A stretch of DNA of 63,966 nucleotides, counting the filler, from a bacterium (GTDB lineage Bacteria > JBBIVP01): NCBI GenBank assembly GCA_037439705.1. It is 5 parts of 5 records of this genome, joined end to end, with 100 filler letters (N's around TTAATTAATTAA, not from the genome) between each part and the next. Parts side by side here need not be neighbours in the genome. Positions count along the whole stretch, not along the records: positions 13,028 to 25,798 come from JBBIVP010000042.1; positions 25,899 to 38,568 come from JBBIVP010000043.1; 3 more parts are not named here. One strand, 5' to 3'. Both the position numbers and the translations under genes were made by a program. The notes beneath the pieces are model-generated. The model worked only from the letters and a program-made list of their open reading frames with translations, ran no database searches and was not told where the DNA came from. Positions 18,729 through 28,611 of the stretch are shown piece after piece (position 1 is the stretch's first letter; every line of letters starts with the position of its first letter).

Positions 18729-18873
18729 TGGTTTTGGAATCGGTCTTGATTTTTGACCTTTTGAAATTTTCATTAATTCTTGCTTTGTGCAATGGTTTTG
18801 CGAAAATTTTTTGACAATTGATTTTTAAAAAACTAAACTATTAATGATTTAATTCACTTTAAAAGGAGAAGAC

Positions 18874-19326
18874 ATGGCTTTGAAAGAAAGGTTTGAAGAG
18901 GATCTGAAAAAAGGAATGAAGGAAAAGAATGAGGCTTTGGTGCGGGCATTGAGGATGTTGAAGACCGCGATAAGGCACGCAGAGGTTGAAAAGGGTGGTC
19001 CTCTTTCTGATGAAGGTATTGTGAACGTGATAAGAAAACTCATAAGGCAGAGAAAAGAATCCATAGAGGCTTTTTTAAAAGGCGGAAGGAATGACCTCGC
19101 TGAAAAGGAAATGGAAGAGTTAAAAATTCTTGAAAGTTATGCTCCACCTGAAATGGAGGATAAGGACATTGAAAATGCTGTGATGGAAATCATAAAGAAA
19201 ATTGGAGCCTCTTCTCCATCTGATATAGGAAAGGTTATGAAGGAGGCGATGAAGGAGTTAAAGGGGAAGGCAGATGGAGGAAGGGTGAGGGAGATTGCAG
19301 AAAAACTTCTTTCCAGAAAGGAGTAG
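18874..19326 (+). CDS. yqeY: GatB/YqeY domain protein
   Basis: LRMLKTAI, RQRKESIEAFLKGGRNDLAEKE and GKADG; lies upstream of dnaG. Confidence 0.92.
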   Translation: MALKERFEEDLKKGMKEKNEALVRALRMLKTAIRHAEVEKGGPLSDEGIVNVIRKLIRQRKESIEAFLKGGRNDLAEKEMEELKILESYAPPEMEDKDIENAVMEIIKKIGASSPSDIGKVMKEAMKELKGKADGGRVREIAEKLLSRKE

Positions 19327-19329
19327 AAT

Positions 19330-20289
19330 ATGAAGCTCAGGGAATTTTACAAAAGGGCAATTGAACTGGGCATAGAAAAGGACCCGAGGGGAAGGGATGA
19401 GATTGAAAGAATTCTGAATGAAGCAAAAGCGGAATACGAGAAGCTTAATGGAAAGGAAAAGGAGGTTTTTGACAGGGAGAGGCTTGAAAATCCCTATCCG
19501 GACACAAGGATACTTTTCGGAAACGGAGATGAAGAGATTCACTCTCTCATAGTGGGGATTGATGTTGAGGCTCCAGAGCTTCTTCTCGTGGATAGGTTGA
19601 GGGAGAAAGGGAAAAAGATAGATGCAGCGGTTGCACATCATCCTGAGGGTATAGCATACGCAAGGCTTGTGGATGTTATGATGATGCATGCGGATATAGC
19701 AGCAAAGCTTGGCGTTCCCATTAATGTGGCGGAAAAGCATACACTAAAAAGGATGAAGGAGGTTGAAAGAAGGCTTATGCCCGTGAACCATCAGAGGGCA
19801 ATTGATACAGCTAGGCTTCTCAGTATCCCCTTTATGAACATCCATACACCTGCTGATAATTTTGTTGTTTCTTTTCTGGAAGAGACCTTCAAAAAAGAAA
19901 ACCCCATTACATTGAAGGATATAATTGAGATTCTTCTTGAGATTCCTGAATACAGAATTTCTGCTGAAAGGGGAGCTTCTCCAAATATATTAATAGGAAC
20001 AAAAAAGGACAGGGCTGGAAAAATTTTTGTTGATATGACAGGTGGAACAGAGGGAAGCAAGGATATGTTTGAGAGACTTTCCTCCGCTGGGGTTGGAACA
20101 ATTGTTGCAATGCATATGAGTGAGGAGCATTTCAAGGAAATAGAAAAGCATCAGATGAACCTCATAATTGCAGGGCACATAAGTAGCGATTCCTTAGGAC
20201 TAAACCTTTTGATTGACAATATAATGAAAGGCGAAAGACTTGATATAATACCTCTATCAGGGTTCATAAGGGTTGAAAGAAACCTTTGA
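19330..20289 (+). CDS. NIF3 (NGG1p-interacting factor 3)-like dinuclear metal protein
   Basis: GID, AHHPEG, HTPADN and IAGHISSD metal-ligand motifs. Confidence 0.85.
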   Translation: MKLREFYKRAIELGIEKDPRGRDEIERILNEAKAEYEKLNGKEKEVFDRERLENPYPDTRILFGNGDEEIHSLIVGIDVEAPELLLVDRLREKGKKIDAAVAHHPEGIAYARLVDVMMMHADIAAKLGVPINVAEKHTLKRMKEVERRLMPVNHQRAIDTARLLSIPFMNIHTPADNFVVSFLEETFKKENPITLKDIIEILLEIPEYRISAERGASPNILIGTKKDRAGKIFVDMTGGTEGSKDMFERLSSAGVGTIVAMHMSEEHFKEIEKHQMNLIIAGHISSDSLGLNLLIDNIMKGERLDIIPLSGFIRVERNL

Positions 20290-20325
20290 ATGTAATAAAA
20301 TGTCTAAATTAATTACTATAAGGAC

Positions 20326-22044
20326 TTGAAGGGCGGAGACTTTCTAAAAGAGGTTCTTATAAGAGCAAATATAGTTGAAGTACTCTCAGACTATATAAGC
20401 ATTAAGAGGAGGGGAAAAAATTATGTTGCCATTTGTCCATTTCACTATGAAAAAAAGCCCTCTTTTACAGTAAGCCCTGATAAAGGATTATATTATTGCT
20501 TTGGATGCGGAAAAGGAGGTAATGTCCTGAAGTTTCTTCAGGATTACAAAGGGATGGAGTTCAAAGAAGCAGTGGTTGAGCTTGCAGAGAGGTACGGCAT
20601 TGAGGTTCCAGCTTCTTTTCATTCTTCTGAACTAAATGCAAAAAAGGAGGAAAAGGCGAGAATTTTTGAGATAAACCAAGAAGCACAGAGATACTGGTCG
20701 AAAAATCTTCATTCAACGGGTGGTTCTTCTGCGATGGAGCATTTAAAAGGCCGGGGATTGAACGAGATTGATATAAAGGCATGGAAACTTGGATATGCTA
20801 AAAAATCAGAAAATAGCCTTTTAAATTACCTTCTTTCAAAAGGATTCAAGGAAGAGGAGATTTTAAAAGCAGGACTTGCAACAAAATACGATTCGTCCTT
20901 AAAGGACCTTTTCAGGGACAGGATAATTTTTCCAATAATGGATGAAAAATCAAGAATCATTGGTTTTGCAGGAAGGTCCCTTCATGGAGAGGAACCGAAG
21001 TATCTCAATTCTCCTGAGACAAGTGTTTATAAAAAGACCTGGACATTGTTTGGAATAGATAAGGCCTGGGAGGAGATAAAAAGAGAAGGATTTGTGGTTA
21101 TTGTAGAGGGCTACATGGATGTGATAAAACTTCAAAAGAATGGAATAAAAAATGTTGTTGCCACTTCCGGTACAGCGCTTACCGAACAGCATTTGAGAGT
21201 TCTTAAAAAACTCACCGAAAAAATTCTTCTCATGTTTGATGGAGATGAAGGCGGAAGGAATGCTACCTTCAGGGCAATAGAAACATTTTTGAAGGTTGAC
21301 CTTATTCCCTTTTGTGTCTTTTTACCCGATGGATATGACCCCGATGAGTTTATAAACGAAAAAGGAACTCCCGCTCTGAAATCCCTTCTTTCTTCCCCGA
21401 GAGACCTCATTGAGGTTTTTATAGAGGAAAAGGCAAGGAATATATCCGACATAAGAACAAAAAGGAGGAGAATTGAAGAGGTTCTTTCCATTTTGAAAAT
21501 AGAGAATCCGATTGAGAAGGAGCATTATATGGAGATATTGAAAGAGAAATTTTCCATATCAAAAGTTCTTTTGAAGGAGATAGAGATGGGCGAAGAAAAG
21601 TCAAATTTTACTTCTCCCAGAAATGAAAGCAAACTTTCTACCGTAGAGGTGAAACTTATTAAAATCCTTTTAAAATCCAGAGAGATGTGTGATGAAAAAG
21701 AACTGATGGAATGCATGAATGGATTTTCTGAAAGCACAAGGATTTTTATTGAATCATTTCTTAAAGGGTGTTCCATTGAGGAATGTATTCAAAATCTATC
21801 AGAAAACGGACATGACCCTTCTCCCTTCATTTCTGTAATAATGGATGAAACCCCTGTATACGGAAATGAGTCAGAAATATTCAGGAACTGTCTTTTCGCC
21901 ATAAGAAGAAAGAGAATTGAAGAAGAAACGAGAAGGCTTCAACATGAGATAGAGAGATACGGTAAGGATGTTCCACCTGAACTTATAAAGAAAAAGGAGG
22001 AGCTTATTAAAAGTTTAAAAATAATAAAAAAGGGGGAAATGTAA
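20326..22044 (+). CDS. dnaG: DNA primase
   Basis: CPFH...CFGC zinc finger, [25 protein letters not shown] and DPD. Confidence 0.97.
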   Translation: MKGGDFLKEVLIRANIVEVLSDYISIKRRGKNYVAICPFHYEKKPSFTVSPDKGLYYCFGCGKGGNVLKFLQDYKGMEFKEAVVELAERYGIEVPASFHSSELNAKKEEKARIFEINQEAQRYWSKNLHSTGGSSAMEHLKGRGLNEIDIKAWKLGYAKKSENSLLNYLLSKGFKEEEILKAGLATKYDSSLKDLFRDRIIFPIMDEKSRIIGFAGRSLHGEEPKYLNSPETSVYKKTWTLFGIDKAWEEIKREGFVVIVEGYMDVIKLQKNGIKNVVATSGTALTEQHLRVLKKLTEKILLMFDGDEGGRNATFRAIETFLKVDLIPFCVFLPDGYDPDEFINEKGTPALKSLLSSPRDLIEVFIEEKARNISDIRTKRRRIEEVLSILKIENPIEKEHYMEILKEKFSISKVLLKEIEMGEEKSNFTSPRNESKLSTVEVKLIKILLKSREMCDEKELMECMNGFSESTRIFIESFLKGCSIEECIQNLSENGHDPSPFISVIMDETPVYGNESEIFRNCLFAIRRKRIEEETRRLQHEIERYGKDVPPELIKKKEELIKSLKIIKKGEM

Positions 22045-22045
22045 A

Positions 22046-23731
22046 ATGAGTGGAATGAAAAATTTAAGTGACGAGATAAAAAAATTAATTGAACTTGGAA
22101 AAAGTAAAGGTTATTTGACCCTTGATGACCTTTCTCCCCTTCTTAATGGAGAGTCCTTTTCTCCTTCAAAAATAGATACTCTCCTCAGTATGTTTGAAGA
22201 GATGGACATAGGTGTCATTGATTCAAGGAGGAAAAGCCCCCGAATCAAAAAGAAAGTAGATACCGACTGGGAAATTTCCGGAGGAGACCCTGTAAGGCTC
22301 TATTTAAAAGAAATGGGAAAGCTGGAACTTCTCACACGGGAAGGAGAAGTGGAACTGGCAAAAAAAATTGAGGAAGGAAAGACTGAGATTGTGAAGGCTA
22401 TAATAGAGGTTCCCACAACTCTCAGATATGTTCTTTCAAGCATTGAAAAGATAGAGAATGACGAGTCTGCTTTGAAAGATATAATAAGCGATTATGAGGA
22501 GGAACTTGAAGAAAAAGCAGGTGATATAGTTTCAAAAATTGAAGAACTTGCTTCCCTTCTTTCCAAAAAAGAAAAATTTTTTGAATCAGAGGGTTTAAAA
22601 TTTAAGGGTGAAGCAAGAAAAAAGGTTTCAAAAATTGATGAGAAAATCATAGAGATTATGAAAAGGTTGAGTTTCTCGGCGAGTTTCCTTGCTGGAATTA
22701 AGAATGAAATGCGAAAGGAAATGGAGGAGATGAAGAAGGTTCAGGACGGGATAAAAAATATAGAGACAAAATTTAAGAAAAAAATATCTGAAATAAAGAA
22801 GGTTATTGCGGAGATTAAAAAAAGCAGGTTCAAAAACATGCAGGCGGGTAGACTCCTTGGGATAAAGTTTGAAGATGTGGAAAACCTGGAGGAAGAAATT
22901 GAAGTTCTTCAAAAAAGGATGAGGGAGATAGAAAAGAGAATTGGGGTTTCCTTTGAGGTTTTTCGCTCTTCCTATGAGAGATTTGAAAGGGGAGAAGCAA
23001 TCGCAAAGTCTGCGAAGGAGCAGCTGGTGAAAGCAAATCTTCGTCTTGTAGTGAGTATTGCCAAAAAGTACATTGGTAGGGGACTTTCCTTCCTTGACCT
23101 AATTCAAGAAGGAAACATAGGACTTATGAAGGCAGTGGATAAGTTTGAGTATCAGAGGGGATATAAATTCTCAACTTATGCTACATGGTGGATAAGACAG
23201 GCTATAACAAGGGCTATAGCGGATCAGGCGCGAACAATAAGGATTCCTGTTCACATGATAGAGACAATAAACAAACTTGTGAAGGTTGCAGGTCTTCTTG
23301 TTCAGGAGCTCGGAAGAGAACCTACCCCTGAGGAGCTTGCGGAAAGAATGGGACTTCCTATTGAAAAAGTGAGAAAAATTCTGAGAATAGCAAAAGAGCC
23401 AATTTCTCTTGAGATGCCAATAGGTGATGATGAGGATAGTATTCTCGGAGACTTCATTGAGGACCAGAAGACCCCCTCTCCTATGGATTCAGTAGTTCAG
23501 ACAAGTTTGAGAGAGCAGGTGAGAAAAGTTCTTGCTACCTTAACCCCCAGGGAGGAAAAGGTTATAAGGATGAGATTCGGAATAGAGGAAAAGACCGATT
23601 ATACCCTTGAAGAGGTTGGGCAGGAGTTTGATGTTACAAGGGAAAGGATAAGACAGATAGAGGCAAAGGCTTTGAGGAAATTGAGACAGCCAAACAGAGC
23701 AAAATATCTGAAACTCTTTATTGAGGGATGA
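22046..23731 (+). CDS. rpoD: Primary sigma factor sigma-70
   Basis: Region 1.1, [36 protein letters not shown] and TRERIRQIE; follows dnaG. Confidence 0.97.
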   Translation: MSGMKNLSDEIKKLIELGKSKGYLTLDDLSPLLNGESFSPSKIDTLLSMFEEMDIGVIDSRRKSPRIKKKVDTDWEISGGDPVRLYLKEMGKLELLTREGEVELAKKIEEGKTEIVKAIIEVPTTLRYVLSSIEKIENDESALKDIISDYEEELEEKAGDIVSKIEELASLLSKKEKFFESEGLKFKGEARKKVSKIDEKIIEIMKRLSFSASFLAGIKNEMRKEMEEMKKVQDGIKNIETKFKKKISEIKKVIAEIKKSRFKNMQAGRLLGIKFEDVENLEEEIEVLQKRMREIEKRIGVSFEVFRSSYERFERGEAIAKSAKEQLVKANLRLVVSIAKKYIGRGLSFLDLIQEGNIGLMKAVDKFEYQRGYKFSTYATWWIRQAITRAIADQARTIRIPVHMIETINKLVKVAGLLVQELGREPTPEELAERMGLPIEKVRKILRIAKEPISLEMPIGDDEDSILGDFIEDQKTPSPMDSVVQTSLREQVRKVLATLTPREEKVIRMRFGIEEKTDYTLEEVGQEFDVTRERIRQIEAKALRKLRQPNRAKYLKLFIEG

Positions 23732-23794
23732 GTAGGCAGATTTTGGAGAAACACTTGCAAAAATCTATTTTTGATGTAAAATTAAAAAACTATG

Positions 23795-23867
23795 GGGCCC
23801 ATAGCTCAATTGGCAGAGCTGTCGGCTCATAACCGACAGGTTCCTGGTTCAAGTCCAGGTGGGCCCA
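23795..23867 (+). tRNA. tRNA with CAT anticodon, most likely tRNA-Ile2 (lysidine); CCA not encoded
   Basis: Full cloverleaf: GGGCCCA/TGGGCCC acceptor stem, GTCGG-CTCATAA-CCGAC anticodon arm and TTCAAGT T-loop. The acceptor stem and the position after rpoD favour Ile2 over Met. Confidence 0.93.
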
Positions 23868-23947
23868 GATGAAAGAGATGACAAAAGAGGAAAAAGTTTC
23901 CCCGTTTCTAATTTTTATATTTTTTACGGAAAGGAAAAATTTATATC

Positions 23948-24670
23948 ATGAATTTAAAGGAAGAGTTATATAAACTCTTAAAACTTCAAAAATTTGATAT
24001 GACCCTCGATGAACTTAACAAGACAAGAGTTGCTATGGAAGAGGAATTAAAAAGGAGTGAGATGCTTCTTAATGAAAGAATTAACAGAAGAGCAGAACTT
24101 GAAAAAATAATAAATGAAAAAAATGAACTTCAGAAGCAAAAAGAAGAGGAATTGAGAAAGGAGCAGGAAGCAGTCAGAAAGTGGGAGGCAAGGTTAAAAG
24201 AGATAAAAAAGCACAGGGAATATCAGGCGCTTCATTTAGAAATACAGGAGGCAAAGAGAGCCAATGAGAAACTTCAGGAGGAAATCATTGAGCTCATAGG
24301 AGAGATAGATGGTTTAAACCTTCAGTTGTCTCAGCTGGAAAAGGAGATCAAAGAAGTAGAAGAAAAGATAGCCAGGATGAAAAATGCTGCACAAGGTGAA
24401 CTTTCAAAGATAATGGCGAACTATACAGCTTTAAAAAAGGAAAGGGAGGAATTTGCAAAAACTGTTGACAGGATTGTGTTTGGAAAGTATCAGCTCATAA
24501 GGACAAGAAAAGGTGGTCTATGTATTGTGGAGGCAAAAGACGGAGTTTGTCTTGGATGTTATATAAGTTTACCTCCGCAGCTTTATAATCAGGTTCTGAT
24601 GCTAAAGGAAATTGTTATGTGCCCGGGATGTCAGAGGATTCTTTACTATAAAGATGAAGAAATGGAGTAA
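23948..24670 (+). CDS. Coiled-coil protein with a C-terminal C4 zinc ribbon
   Basis: LQKFD N-terminus, long coiled coil and CLGC...LPPQ...CPGCQRIL. Confidence 0.88.
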   Translation: MNLKEELYKLLKLQKFDMTLDELNKTRVAMEEELKRSEMLLNERINRRAELEKIINEKNELQKQKEEELRKEQEAVRKWEARLKEIKKHREYQALHLEIQEAKRANEKLQEEIIELIGEIDGLNLQLSQLEKEIKEVEEKIARMKNAAQGELSKIMANYTALKKEREEFAKTVDRIVFGKYQLIRTRKGGLCIVEAKDGVCLGCYISLPPQLYNQVLMLKEIVMCPGCQRILYYKDEEME

Positions 24671-25049
24671 CAAAAAAATATTGATTGTAGATGATTCAAG
24701 GGTTGTTCACGCCCTGATGACCCAGTTTATAAGTGCGAGGTATGCGGAGATTGAGTGCATCTCGGTTTATAATGGGGAAGAGGCATTAAAATTTCTCCTC
24801 AAGGGCGAAGAGGTTGCACTGATATTTCTTGATATAATGATGCCTGTAATGGACGGAATAGAATTTTTGAGGCAGATAAAAGAGAACGGTATCAACCTTT
24901 CGGTTCCCATTATAGTATGTTCTGAAGCGGATGAATCTTTGATAGAAAAAGCACTTTCTATGGGTGCAAAAGATAGAATAAATAAGCCATTCAAAAATAC
25001 CGACCTTTATGAAATAATTGAAAAGTATGTAGGGGAAGGGCAGGTTTAG
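24654..25049 (+). CDS. Single-domain response regulator
   Basis: ILIVDDS, FLDIMMPVMDG and KPF. Start re-assigned to ATG 24654. Confidence 0.9.
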   Translation: MKKWSNKKILIVDDSRVVHALMTQFISARYAEIECISVYNGEEALKFLLKGEEVALIFLDIMMPVMDGIEFLRQIKENGINLSVPIIVCSEADESLIEKALSMGAKDRINKPFKNTDLYEIIEKYVGEGQV

Positions 25050-25103
25050 AAAAAATTGATTTAATACAAAATCTTGATTTAAAAATTAAAAGGGATTTAA
25101 ATT

Positions 25104-25798
25104 GTGATTGTGCAGAAGAGAAAAGGAGATATATCAACAGTGAAAGGTCTTGTTTGTAGAGAATGTGGAAGACCATATCCGATAAAACCAGTTCATATAT
25201 GTGAATACTGCTTCGGTCCGCTTGAGGTCCAATACGATTACGAAAAAATTTCGAAATTTCTTACCAAAGGAATAATAGAAAAAAGACCTCCAAATATGTG
25301 GAGATACAGAGAACTTCTTCCTCTGGATGGTCCACCAACAGTGGGATATGAGGTTGGTTTTACCCCACTTATAAAGGCTAAGAATCTTGCTGAAAGAATT
25401 GGTGTAAAAGAGGTTTACATAAAGGACGATGCTGTGAACTATCCCACCCTTTCCTTCAAGGACAGAGTGGTTTCTGTGGCTATATCCAAAGCTAAGGAAT
25501 TTAACTTCAATGTTGTAGCATGTGCTTCAACAGGAAATCTTGCTAATTCCGTGGCTGCTCTTGCAGCAAGAGCAGGATACGAAAGTTATATATTTATTCC
25601 CTGTGACCTTGAGACCTCAAAAATAATAGGCACAACTGTATACGGTGCTCACCTTATAGGAATAAAGGGAAATTATGACAAAGTAAACAGGCTTTGCAGT
25701 GAGATAGCTGGAAGGTACAACTGGGCGTTTGTGAACATAAACATAAGACCATTTTATTCTGAGGGTTCAAAGACATTCGCTTTTGAGATAGCAGAGCA
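25104..25798 (+). CDS. thrC: Threonine synthase, 3'-truncated by the contig end
   Basis: CxxC zinc ribbon, MWRYRELLP, PTLSFKDR (PLP lysine), CASTGN and EGSKT. Confidence 0.9.
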
Positions 25799-25898
25799 NN
25801 NNNNNNNNNNNNNNNNNNNNNNNNNNNNNNNNNNNNNNNNNNTTAATTAATTAANNNNNNNNNNNNNNNNNNNNNNNNNNNNNNNNNNNNNNNNNNNN
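25799..25898. other. Artificial contig linker
   Basis: N44-TTAATTAATTAA-N44. Confidence 0.98.
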
Positions 25899-26109
25899 AC
25901 ATATGCGACATTTTATGAGTTTGAATGAGAAAATTTAAGGGGCTTTTTAGACCCTGGGATTTGTTTCATCTCTCCCTCATTCCTTAATGACGCGCATATC
26001 TTAACTTTTCAAAAAAAATTAAAAAAATTTTTCGTAAACTCCGATACTCGTCCAAGAACATCTATCCAAAAACTTGAAAAAACTTTTTATTCTTCTATTC
26101 TAAATTAAA

Positions 26110-26838
26110 ATGAAATTATTGCTTCCGTTTCTCCTCATTTTTCTTACAGGAAGGGATGTGATGGAAATGGTGAGAAACAGGAATACCCCAAAAAGTGGAA
26201 TCCTTCACATAAAGATGACCCTGATAAACAGGGAGGGAAAGATGAGGGAGAGGGAATTTGTAACATGGTCAAAAAAAGAAAAGGATGTATCAAAGAGCAT
26301 AACAAAGGTTCTATCTCCTCCGGACATGAAAGGGAAGGGATTTCTATGGATAAAAAAGGGAGAGGATGTAACGCAGTACATATACCTTCCTGAGATGAAG
26401 AAGATGAGAAGAATCAGTGTTCAGGAGAGGAGAGAAAGTTTCCTGGGCTCTGACCTATCCTATGAAGATTTCAGACCACGTCCCATTGATGAGGGTGAAC
26501 ATACCCTTTTAAGGGAAGAAGAGTGTGGTGGAAACAGTTGTTATGTGGTGGAAAGTGTTCCAAAAGATCCTGAAAGTTCGGTTTATGGAAAGGTGATCTC
26601 CTGGATAAGAAAGGATATACTAATTCCAATAAAGGGAGAATTCTATAACAAAAAAGGAGAGTTTTATAAGACGATGAAGGCAATAAAAATTGAAAAAATT
26701 GGAGATTACTGGGTGGCAAGGAAGACCGAAGTTGAGGACCTTTCAAAAAAGCACAAAACCATAATGGAAGTCCCTGAGGTAAAATTTGACATTCCAATTC
26801 CGGATAATACATTTGGAGAAGCATTTTTCGGGAGGTAA
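26110..26838 (+). CDS. LolA-like outer-membrane lipoprotein-sorting protein
   Basis: SPPDMKG, YLPEMKKMRRI and FLGSDLSYED; sits in an operon with an ABC permease and ATPase. Confidence 0.88.
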   Translation: MKLLLPFLLIFLTGRDVMEMVRNRNTPKSGILHIKMTLINREGKMREREFVTWSKKEKDVSKSITKVLSPPDMKGKGFLWIKKGEDVTQYIYLPEMKKMRRISVQERRESFLGSDLSYEDFRPRPIDEGEHTLLREEECGGNSCYVVESVPKDPESSVYGKVISWIRKDILIPIKGEFYNKKGEFYKTMKAIKIEKIGDYWVARKTEVEDLSKKHKTIMEVPEVKFDIPIPDNTFGEAFFGR

Positions 26839-26840
26839 AA

Positions 26841-27953
26841 ATGTATTTCCTAACAGTAGTGCTCAAAAATCTCTCAAGGAGAAAATTGAGAAACATCCTC
26901 ACGATTGTTGGAGTTGGAATTGGTATAGGGGCGGTTGTATCCCTTGTTTCAATTACCGATGGATTTATGAAGAGTTTCACAGAAATGCTGAAATCAAGGG
27001 GAACAGACATTGCTGTAACAAAAGCAAAAAATCCGGATGTCCTTCTGAACTCAATTGATGAATCTATTGGAGAGGAACTAAAAAAGATAGAAGGCATTGA
27101 GTCCATTTCAAGGGTTCTTGTTGACCTTGTGAGCATAGAGGACCTTCCATCCGTTATGATCTTTGGATTTGACCCGGATGAGTTCATATTTGAACACTTC
27201 AAAATAATTGAGGGAAGAAAATTATCAAGGGATGAGGAAGATATGGTAATGATCGGGAAAATTCTCGCAAAGAATATAAATTTAAAAGTTGGAGATAAAG
27301 TGGAGATCGAAAGGGAAATTTTTAGAGTGGTGGGAATTTTTGAGAGCGGAAATGTGGTTGAAAATGGAGGAATAGTGATGAATCTAAAAACCCTTCAGAG
27401 ACTCATGAACAGGGAAGGGTATGTAACTGTTTTCAATATAAAACTGAAAGAGCTGGAGTTTACTGATTCTGTTATTAATCAAATAAAAACAAAGTTTCCA
27501 GGGCTTGAAGCCATGACATCAGAGGAGATTACCAGAAACAATGAGGGTTATAAAATGGCTAAGGCGCTGGCATGGGCGACTTCATTTATTGCCCTTTTCG
27601 TTGGCGCCCTCGGAACAATGAATACTGTTTTCATGTCAGTTTTTGAGAGGACAAAGGAATTCGGGCTCCTCAGAGCAATCGGCTGGAGGAGAAGAAGAAT
27701 AATGCTTATGGTTCTTGGAGAAAGCATCATCCTTGGACTCATAGGTGGTGCCCTTGGAATGGCAATAGGTGTTATTGGAGTCCATCTCATAAACCAGATT
27801 CCCATAGTGAAAGGTGGTATCGTGGGTGATTTTTCAGCTCCGTTGTTTGCTAAGGCAACTGCCATTGCTATTGGAATGGGAATCTTCGGTGGATTTATAC
27901 CATCTTCATGGGCTTCATCCATTTCTCCTGCAGAAGCATTGAGATATGAATGA
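26841..27953 (+). CDS. MacB/LolE-type ABC permease
   Basis: N-terminal TM, periplasmic domain, MNTVFMSVFERTKEFGLLRAIG and PAEALRYE. Confidence 0.92.
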   Translation: MYFLTVVLKNLSRRKLRNILTIVGVGIGIGAVVSLVSITDGFMKSFTEMLKSRGTDIAVTKAKNPDVLLNSIDESIGEELKKIEGIESISRVLVDLVSIEDLPSVMIFGFDPDEFIFEHFKIIEGRKLSRDEEDMVMIGKILAKNINLKVGDKVEIEREIFRVVGIFESGNVVENGGIVMNLKTLQRLMNREGYVTVFNIKLKELEFTDSVINQIKTKFPGLEAMTSEEITRNNEGYKMAKALAWATSFIALFVGALGTMNTVFMSVFERTKEFGLLRAIGWRRRRIMLMVLGESIILGLIGGALGMAIGVIGVHLINQIPIVKGGIVGDFSAPLFAKATAIAIGMGIFGGFIPSSWASSISPAEALRYE

Positions 27954-28611
27954 AATCATCCTTAAAGCAGAAAACCTTGTAAAGGAATACGAAGAAGGAA
28001 GGGTAAAGGCTTTGAGGGGAGTTAACCTTGAAGTAAAAAGGGGAGAATTTGTGGCAATAATGGGACCGAGTGGATGCGGAAAATCTACCCTGTTAAACAT
28101 GCTCGGTGCTCTTGATAGACCGACATCAGGAGATGTGATTATTGACGGCGAAAGACTTTCGCAGGCAAAATCACTTGATGAAATAAGACTTAAAAAAATT
28201 GGTTTCATATTTCAGGCTTTTCATCTCATTCCAACCCTTACAGCCCTTGAGAACCTTCAGATTCCAATGATTGAAGCCAGAATTCCGAGAAAGGAAAGGC
28301 TCAAAATGGCAACGGAGCTTTTAAAAATTGTAGGACTTGAAGAAAGGATGAGCCAGATACCCCCAAAGCTTTCTGGGGGAGAGAGACAGAGGGTTGCCAT
28401 AGCAAGAAGCCTTGCAAACTCTCCATCCATTCTTCTTGCGGACGAACCCACAGGAAATCTTGACTCAAAAAGTTCAGAGCAAATTATAACCCTTTTGAGG
28501 AAGATAAATAAAACAAGAGGAATGACAATAGTTCTGGTTACCCACGACCCGAATGTAGCATCCTGCGCAGACAGGATAGTGAAAATGAAAGATGGAATTC
28601 TTTATACATGA
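27946..28611 (+). CDS. LolD/MacB-type ABC ATPase
   Basis: GPSGCGKST, LSGGERQR, LADEPTGNLD and VTHD. Confidence 0.95.
   Translation: MNEIILKAENLVKEYEEGRVKALRGVNLEVKRGEFVAIMGPSGCGKSTLLNMLGALDRPTSGDVIIDGERLSQAKSLDEIRLKKIGFIFQAFHLIPTLTALENLQIPMIEARIPRKERLKMATELLKIVGLEERMSQIPPKLSGGERQRVAIARSLANSPSILLADEPTGNLDSKSSEQIITLLRKINKTRGMTIVLVTHDPNVASCADRIVKMKDGILYT

Larger units (their letters stand above)
13911..18765 (+). other. Accessory islet: three orphan ORFs + AAA+ ATPase + metallopeptidase-vWA gene
   Basis: Five co-directional non-housekeeping genes between the CRISPR remnant and yqeY, visibly G/T-rich on the coding strand. No integrase or transposase is visible. Confidence 0.6.

Noticed and set aside
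23795-23867. tRNAs as integration sites for a prophage or island
   Set aside because: No integrase or duplicated tRNA 3' end was seen near tRNA(CAT) or tRNA-Asn, and the flanking genes are housekeeping.
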